From positions 1-53,710 of the forward strand of contig JAZUAI010000030.1 in the NCBI GenBank assembly GCA_045637945.1: a stretch of 53,710 nt of DNA. The letters run 5' to 3'. A program made the translations under genes and the position numbers. Below are positions 48,381 to 53,710 of the stretch, piece by piece. The stretch is from Clostridia bacterium (lineage in GTDB: Bacteria > Bacillota > Clostridia > Christensenellales > UBA1242). Under the pieces are notes generated by a model. It searched no databases. It saw nothing but the letters and a program-made list of their open reading frames with translations, and was not told where the DNA came from. Within the stretch, counting starts at the first letter, position 1. Each line of letters opens with the position of its first letter.

Positions 48381-51197
48381 TTAAAGGTTAATTTGTTGTT
48401 TTACGATACATTCAATAATATCGCCTTCTAATATATCGTTAAAGCCATCAACTTTAATACCGCATTCATAGCCAGCAGCAACTTCTTTAACATCATCTTT
48501 TTCTCTTTTTAAAGTTCCTAACTTGCCTTCAAATACAACTTTGTCTTTTCTCAAAACTTTAAGTTCTGAATTTCTTACAATCTTACCATCTAATACATAA
48601 CTACCAGCAATTGTTCCTACGCTGCTAATTTTAAATAAAGCTCTAACTTCGGCATGACCAACAACTTTTTCTTCAAATTTTGGAGCCATCATTGATTTTA
48701 AAACTTTTTCCATATCTTCAATAGCTTTATAGATAATGTCATATTCTTTTATTTCAACTTTATTTTGTTTTGCAAAGTTTGAAATTTTTGCCATAACTTT
48801 TGTGTCAAAAGCAATAATTGTTGCATTTGATACTTTTGCAAGTTGAATATCGTTTTCGTTAATATTACCAACACCACTATTGATAATTTCAATTTTAACT
48901 TCTTCGTTTTTGATTTCAAGTAATGATTGTTTTAATGCTTCAACAGAACCTTGGCTATTTGCTTTTAATAAAAGGTTAAGAGTTTTCTTGTTTTCACTAA
49001 CAGGAGTTGCCAAGAAATCATCCAAACTCTTTGGCATACCACTTTCAATTTTGTCTTGAGCCATTTTTGTTTTTCTTTCAGCAATAACTTGTTTACTAAA
49101 TTTCTCATCAACTACTTGAATTGGATCTCCAGCACTTGGAACACTATCAAAACCTAAAACTGAAACAGGCATTGAAGGACCAGCTTTTGATACTGATTTG
49201 CCTTGAGAATCTGTCATTGCCCTTACTTTACCAACAGCAAAGCCAGAAATAATGTAGTCGCCCAATTTTAAAGTTCCGTTTTGAACAATAATATTTGCAA
49301 CAGGACCTCTGTTTTTATCAAGTTCTGCTTCAATAACAGTTCCAACAGCTTTTCTCTTTTTATTACATTGAAGAGTTTGCATTTCTGCTACTAATAAAAT
49401 TGTTTCAAGTAAATCATCAATACCTGCACCTGTTACTGATGAAACAGGAACGATAATTGTATCTCCACCCCATTCTTCTGGTAAAACATCATATTCTGTT
49501 AATTGTTGTTTAATTTTATCAACATTAACACCTTGCTTATCCATTTTTGTAATAGCAACAATCATTGGAGCTTTTGCTTCTTTAATATGTTTAATTGCTT
49601 CAACTGTTTGAGGCTTAATACCATCATCACCAGCAACAATAAGAATAGCAACGTCAGTAATTTCTGTTCCTCTCTTACGCATGTTCATAAATGCTTCGTG
49701 GCCAGGGGTATCAATAAATGTAATTTTTTCGCCTTTCCAACTAATTGAGTAAGCACCAATTGCTTGTGTAATACCGCCAGCTTCTTTTGAAGTAACGTGT
49801 GTTTTACGTATATAGTCAAGCAATGATGTTTTACCGTGGTCTACGTGACCAACAATTGTTACAATTGGAGGGCGTTTTTCATTGTTTGTGCCATCATCAA
49901 TAACAGCACTTTCTTTTAATTGTTCTTCATAAGTTTTTTCAACTTTAAGCTCTAGTGTAATGCCCAATTCGCTTGCAACAAGTTCAGCTGTTTCATAGTC
50001 AATTGTACTATTAATTGTAGTCATCATACCAAGAACCATAAGTTGTTTAATAATTTCTGTAACTGGTTTACCAATTTTTTCTGATAAAAGTTTAACAGTA
50101 ATATTTGAAGTTGTAATAACTGCAGATGTAACAGGCGCACAAACTACAGGGGTGTTTTCAATTTTTGGTTTTTTAAGTTTAAGTTTTCTGGTAACCATTC
50201 TTTCTTCAATATTGTGTTCTTCAATCAAGCCACGGCGAAGTAATGATTTTTTATTAATTCTTCTTTCATCATCCACTCTTTCACTTGTTTTCTTTTTGTT
50301 ACCAAAAGCTCTTTCTTTTGTTGCAAATGCTGTTGCAGCTGAAGTTAAATTATTATTCTTTTTAGGAATAATTCCCATTAAAGTTTTGTTTTGTGACTTC
50401 ACAGCACCAGTTGCACCTGGTTGATTATTATTAAATGGTTTTTGGAAACGGTTAAATCCACCTTGAGCATTTCCATTTTGATTATTAAATGGTCTTTGGA
50501 AACCATTATTATTTCTATTAAAACCGCCTTGTTGATTGTTATTATAAACAGGTCTTTGACCTGGTTTAAATGAACCATCATTTGCATGATATGGTTGTCT
50601 TTGTGCAAAGCCGTTTTGATTGTTATTAAAGTTATTTTTATTGTTAAAACCATTTTGTTGAGGACGATAATTTGGGTTTTGGCCTCTATTATCATTATAT
50701 CTTGGAGTATATTGTTTTACATTCTCTCTTTGAGCATTTTGTTGAGAATGAGCAGCATCAACCGTTTTATTGGTAACTTTTGGCTCTTGAACCTTTACAG
50801 TTTGAACTTCTACTGGTTCTTTTACTACAGCTGCAGGTTTTGCTGGTTCTTTTGCTACAGTTTCTTTTTTGACTGTTTCCTTTTTATTTTCAGCTTCTTT
50901 AGATTCAAAAAGTTCTGCAAAAGAAACATTTTCTTCTTCTTTTACAGCTTTTGCAGCATTTTCCAAAGCCTTTGCTTTTGCTTGAGCTTTAAGCATTTCT
51001 TGTTTTTGCTTTGTTTCTTCAGCTTGTTTAATTGCTACAATTCTTTCTTTGTAGTTATTTACTAGGTTAAAAGCATATTGTTTTGCCTTTTTTACCTCAT
51101 GAAAAAGTGAAGGTATTGTGCCTTCTGAATTTATCTTATATAAAGATTTAATATTGTTAATACTTTGTTGTTTTTCTTCGTTATTAATTTCGCTCAA
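48381..51197 (-). CDS. infB: Translation initiation factor IF-2
   Basis: 938 aa with a TTG start 9 nt after GGAG. G domain (GHVDHGKTSLLD, DTPGH, TKMD) preceded by a long K/E-rich then N/Q/G-rich low-complexity N-terminal region. Confidence 0.94.
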   Translation of the reverse strand: MSEINNEEKQQSINNIKSLYKINSEGTIPSLFHEVKKAKQYAFNLVNNYKERIVAIKQAEETKQKQEMLKAQAKAKALENAAKAVKEEENVSFAELFESKEAENKKETVKKETVAKEPAKPAAVVKEPVEVQTVKVQEPKVTNKTVDAAHSQQNAQRENVKQYTPRYNDNRGQNPNYRPQQNGFNNKNNFNNNQNGFAQRQPYHANDGSFKPGQRPVYNNNQQGGFNRNNNGFQRPFNNQNGNAQGGFNRFQKPFNNNQPGATGAVKSQNKTLMGIIPKKNNNLTSAATAFATKERAFGNKKKTSERVDDERRINKKSLLRRGLIEEHNIEERMVTRKLKLKKPKIENTPVVCAPVTSAVITTSNITVKLLSEKIGKPVTEIIKQLMVLGMMTTINSTIDYETAELVASELGITLELKVEKTYEEQLKESAVIDDGTNNEKRPPIVTIVGHVDHGKTSLLDYIRKTHVTSKEAGGITQAIGAYSISWKGEKITFIDTPGHEAFMNMRKRGTEITDVAILIVAGDDGIKPQTVEAIKHIKEAKAPMIVAITKMDKQGVNVDKIKQQLTEYDVLPEEWGGDTIIVPVSSVTGAGIDDLLETILLVAEMQTLQCNKKRKAVGTVIEAELDKNRGPVANIIVQNGTLKLGDYIISGFAVGKVRAMTDSQGKSVSKAGPSMPVSVLGFDSVPSAGDPIQVVDEKFSKQVIAERKTKMAQDKIESGMPKSLDDFLATPVSENKKTLNLLLKANSQGSVEALKQSLLEIKNEEVKIEIINSGVGNINENDIQLAKVSNATIIAFDTKVMAKISNFAKQNKVEIKEYDIIYKAIEDMEKVLKSMMAPKFEEKVVGHAEVRALFKISSVGTIAGSYVLDGKIVRNSELKVLRKDKVVFEGKLGTLKREKDDVKEVAAGYECGIKVDGFNDILEGDIIECIVKQQINL

Positions 51198-51234
51198 AAG
51201 ATTATACTCCTATATGTTTTGGTTTTAACATTTT

Positions 51235-51492
51235 TTATTTAATAGAATTTTTTAAGTTTTCTAAAACTTCATCTTTAATTTCACATTTAAAAGCACGATT
51301 TAATGCTTTTGTTTTTATACACTTATCAAAGCAATCTTGGTTATTGCAAATATATGCTCCCCTTCCATTTGCTTTAAAAGTTGGGTCAATAAAAATTTGA
51401 TTTTCATTATTTTTAACAATTCTAACCAAATCTTTTTTTTCTTGCATTTGTCTGCAAGCAACACACATTCTTAAAGGAATTTTTTTAGGCAT
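51235..51492 (-). CDS. ylxR: YlxR (DUF448) RNA-binding protein
   Basis: 85 aa. Contains RMCVACRQ...GRGAYIC. Lies between nusA and infB. Confidence 0.9.
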   Translation of the reverse strand: MPKKIPLRMCVACRQMQEKKDLVRIVKNNENQIFIDPTFKANGRGAYICNNQDCFDKCIKTKALNRAFKCEIKDEVLENLKNSIK

Positions 51493-51518
51493 ATAATTTA
51501 TCTTCCTTTATTTAGTTA

Positions 51519-52712
51519 TTATTCAACATCATTAAGTAAGTCATCTGATAACAAATCATCAGCATCATCAAGTAATGTATTTTCTTGAGTTGATTCTTCT
51601 TGATTTAAACTTAATGTAGGTTCTTCATTTTCAAAAGATTCTTGATTAAAGAATAATTCTCCATCAATTTGTTTTGCAACACTTTCTGACTTAACATCAA
51701 TCTTCCAGCCTGTAAGTTTAACAGCAAGTCTTACGTTTTGACCACTCTTACCAATTGCAAGTGAAAGTTTGTCATCTGGAACAACAGCTCTTGCAAAATT
51801 GTTTCCATCTAAAGCATAAACAGTTGATACTTTTGCTGGGCTTAAAGCTCTTGCAATATATTCAAGTGGGTTTTCTGAATATTCAATAATATCAATTTTT
51901 TCACCGTTTAATTCGTTAACAATAGCATTAATTCTCATACCCTTGTTACCAACACAAGCGCCAACAACGTCAATGTTTGGATTTGAGCAATAAACTGACA
52001 TTTTTGTTCTGTAACCAGCTTCACGAGTTATATTTTTAACTTCAATTTCACCTGATTTAATTTCTGGAACTTCAAGTTCAAAAAGTCTTTTAACAAAACC
52101 AGGATTGCTACGTGATACTTGAACATATGTTGATTTAAGTGAATCTTTAATATTTTTTACATAAACCTTAATTCTGTCACCAATAGCATAGTTTTCGCCA
52201 GGAATTTGGTCATTTTCTTGCATTACACCTTCAGTTTTTGAACCAGGAATTTCAACATAAACAACACCTGCTTCAATTCTTCTAATAAGACCAGTAACAA
52301 GCTCGTTTTGTTTTTCTGAAAGTTCACTCATAGCAACTTGGTGTTCAGCTTCTCTTAATTTTTGCATAACAACTTGTTTTGCAATTTGAGCAGCAATTCT
52401 ACCAAATTCTTTTGGTGTAACTTCTTCCATAATAACATCTTCAAGTTGATATGATTTTTTTATTTTTTTAGCATCTTCCAAACTAATTTCTTTGTCTGGG
52501 TCAACAACTTCAGCAACTACTGTTTTATAACTATAAACCCTAATTGTATTTTTTTCTGGGTTAAGTTTAACGCTTGCTGATTTTGCTTCACCAAAGTTTT
52601 TCTTGTAAGCTGATGTTAAAGCTGATTCCAATGCTTCAATAAAAAACTCTTTGTTAATTTTCTTTTCTCTTTCCAAGTCTTCAAGTGCTAAGAAAAAATC
52701 TTTGTTTACCAT
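51519..52712 (-). CDS. nusA: Transcription termination/antitermination factor NusA
   Basis: Has an N-terminal domain, S1 domain and two KH domains. The start is moved to ATG 52712 (MVNKDFFLALEDLEREK) after GGGGAG; the longer form in the ORF track would overlap rimP. Confidence 0.92.
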   Translation of the reverse strand: MVNKDFFLALEDLEREKKINKEFFIEALESALTSAYKKNFGEAKSASVKLNPEKNTIRVYSYKTVVAEVVDPDKEISLEDAKKIKKSYQLEDVIMEEVTPKEFGRIAAQIAKQVVMQKLREAEHQVAMSELSEKQNELVTGLIRRIEAGVVYVEIPGSKTEGVMQENDQIPGENYAIGDRIKVYVKNIKDSLKSTYVQVSRSNPGFVKRLFELEVPEIKSGEIEVKNITREAGYRTKMSVYCSNPNIDVVGACVGNKGMRINAIVNELNGEKIDIIEYSENPLEYIARALSPAKVSTVYALDGNNFARAVVPDDKLSLAIGKSGQNVRLAVKLTGWKIDVKSESVAKQIDGELFFNQESFENEEPTLSLNQEESTQENTLLDDADDLLSDDLLNDVE

Positions 52713-52726
52713 TTTTTTATTCTCCC

Positions 52727-53194
52727 CTATATTTTTACATTTGGTTTGCAAACTGCAATATTTTGGCGCAAAACAACAGTAGAAGAACCATTAACTTCTA
52801 CCTCAATTTGCACATCATCAAAACTTTTTAATATGCCTATAATTTCCTTGTTATTATTATCTTTTTGGGCAAAAAGTTTTACGACAATTTCAGTGTTTAA
52901 GCATCTTTTAAAATCTTTGTCAGATTTTATTGGCTTATCAAGACCTACTGAAGAAACATTGAGATAGTAACCTGCACCGTTTGTTGGATCTAATTCATCT
53001 AAAATTGGATCAACAGTTCTGTGAACAAGCTCACAATCTTTTAAAGTTATTGGACCTTTTTCTGAAGTAATAAATATTGTTAAATTCATACCATTTTGTT
53101 TTTTAACATATTCTACTTCATACAATTCATAGCCTAAACCTTCAATAACTTTGGTTAAGTTTTCTTCAACTATTGTTGCTGTTTTACCTTGCAT
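52727..53194 (-). CDS. rimP: Ribosome maturation factor RimP
   Basis: MQGKTATIVEENLTKVIEGLGYELYEVEY. The start is set at ATG 53194 after GGAG; the upstream 32 codons in the ORF track cover the leader hairpin. Confidence 0.88.
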   Translation of the reverse strand: MQGKTATIVEENLTKVIEGLGYELYEVEYVKKQNGMNLTIFITSEKGPITLKDCELVHRTVDPILDELDPTNGAGYYLNVSSVGLDKPIKSDKDFKRCLNTEIVVKLFAQKDNNNKEIIGILKSFDDVQIEVEVNGSSTVVLRQNIAVCKPNVKI

Positions 53195-53222
53195 AAAACT
53201 CCTAAAAAATAAATTTTGCCCT

Positions 53223-53267
53223 AAGTAACAATTAAGAGTGGTTTGAACCACTCTTAAAGTAACAATT
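53223..53267 (-). promoter_or_regulatory. rimP-nusA leader element: 11-nt direct repeats flanking a 12-bp perfect palindrome
   Basis: The plus strand reads AAGTAACAATT-AAGAGTGGTT-TG-AACCACTCTT-A-AAGTAACAATT. It lies between the predicted promoter (53281-53309) and the rimP RBS. The hairpin is followed by an interrupted U tract (AAUUGUUACUU). Confidence 0.5.
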
Positions 53268-53280
53268 TTAAGCTGAAAAC

Positions 53281-53309
53281 ATTGTAACACACATTAAAGC
53301 AAATATCAA
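53281..53309 (-). promoter_or_regulatory. SigmaA-type promoter of rimP-nusA-infB operon
   Basis: TTGATA-17 nt-TACAAT with TG at the extended -10 position. Confidence 0.55.
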
Positions 53310-53507
53310 GTATTTTTTTATTTGCCTACTATATTATTAGTTCTTATAGATAAAAATAAATATTAACTATATATAATTTCCCCCTTATAAAATTTGTTTA
53401 TTACTTCAATAAGTTTTTTACTATAAACAAATCTCATAAAATTCGGATCTTTTATCGGAAACGAATTCAATTTTTCCCCCAAAGATCTGTTATCTGTCGT
53501 AATATAT

Positions 53508-53710
53508 ATGAATTTATACAGCCTTGTTGAAACCTCAATACTTTTTATTTCAGACCATTTCAATTCTTTAATAAATTTAGACAAAGAATGTGAAGTTACT
53601 ATTGAGGCTAACCCTAAAACTTTGACAAAAGAGAAACTTAGAGCATATAAAGACTATGGAATAAACCGTATAAGTATGGGTATGCAGTCTGCAAATGATA
53701 ATGAACTTAA
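53508..53710 (+). CDS. hemW: HemW/HemN-family radical-SAM protein, partial (runs off the window); 5' part anomalous
   Basis: The plus-strand frame reads ...LDKECEVTIEANPKTLTKEKLRAYKDYGINRISMGMQSANDNEL, the conserved mid-region of HemW/HemN. The frame is open only from 53427 (TAA at 53424-53426) and its first ATG is at 53508. No CxxxCxxC or GGGTP motif was found in any plus frame from 53281 to 53585. Confidence 0.6.
   Translation, partial: MNLYSLVETSILFISDHFNSLINLDKECEVTIEANPKTLTKEKLRAYKDYGINRISMGMQSANDNEL

Noticed and set aside
50399-51065. Long alternative-frame ORFs inside infB (plus-strand 159 aa at 50586-51065, minus-strand 98 aa at 50399-50695).
   Set aside because: They are produced by the low-complexity N/Q/K/E-coding tract of IF-2. 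Their translations are low-complexity F/I/L/S strings and they have no start context.
53363-53584. 73-aa minus-strand ORF (TTG start) upstream of the rimP promoter.
   Set aside because: - It is exactly antisense to the HemW-like plus-strand frame.
- It starts with TTG and has no RBS.
- It uses several G-ending codons (GGG x2, CCG x2, ACG, TCG, CTG, AGG) that look uncommon in neighbouring genes by eye.
- It is probably a shadow ORF, kept only as a caveat in the HemW finding.

Overview
The window is AT-rich (about 30% G+C by eye, not computed) and reads as core chromosome of an endospore-forming, low-GC Bacillota (Clostridia/Bacilli-like) organism. About 56 protein genes are almost all co-oriented on the minus strand. 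They fall into blocks syntenic with B. subtilis:
- infC-rpmI-rplT
- ytxC-thrS
- lysS
- ruvX-DUF1292
- rpsB-tsf
- iscR-nifS-nifU
- trxA
- comM-dprA-topA-trmFO-hslVU
- rplS
- ylxM-ffh-rpsP-khpA-rimM-trmD-rbgA-rnhB-yraN
- plsX-rnc-smc-ftsY
- a lysine/DAP cluster
- yceD-rpmF
- spoIIAA-spoIIAB-sigF
- tyrS
- rimP-nusA-ylxR-infB-rbfA-nrnA-truB-nfo-like-yebC

Only three things sit on the plus strand: a six-tRNA operon (Pro, CAU, Asp, Phe, Thr, Tyr), one unannotated 59-codon ORF, and a partial HemW-like gene at the right edge. There is also a solitary minus-strand tRNA-Ala(GGC).

Four cis-regulatory RNAs can be read directly: two T-box leaders (thrS with candidate specifier ACC, tyrS with UAC), a lysine riboswitch, and an L20-leader-like attenuator ahead of an ATT-initiated infC. 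The standard genetic code applies; for example, the rimM/trmD ATGA overlap uses TGA as a stop.

I found no CRISPR array, transposase, integrase, prophage, toxin-antitoxin or recognisable defence genes, so this is essentially an ordinary housekeeping region.

The most unusual item is a single lysine riboswitch heading an operon that begins with an unclassifiable 266-aa GNAT-like protein and a PepD-type M20 peptidase, followed by asd-dapA-dapB-aspartokinase. Lesser oddities:
- a promoter- and terminator-equipped acidic small ORF
- a HemW-like gene whose radical-SAM N-terminus cannot be found
- a direct repeat-palindrome-direct repeat element in the rimP-nusA leader
- an apparently leaderless yceD-rpmF transcript
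- a ThrRS lacking the TGS domain

All family assignments come from reading motifs by eye; no database searches were run.
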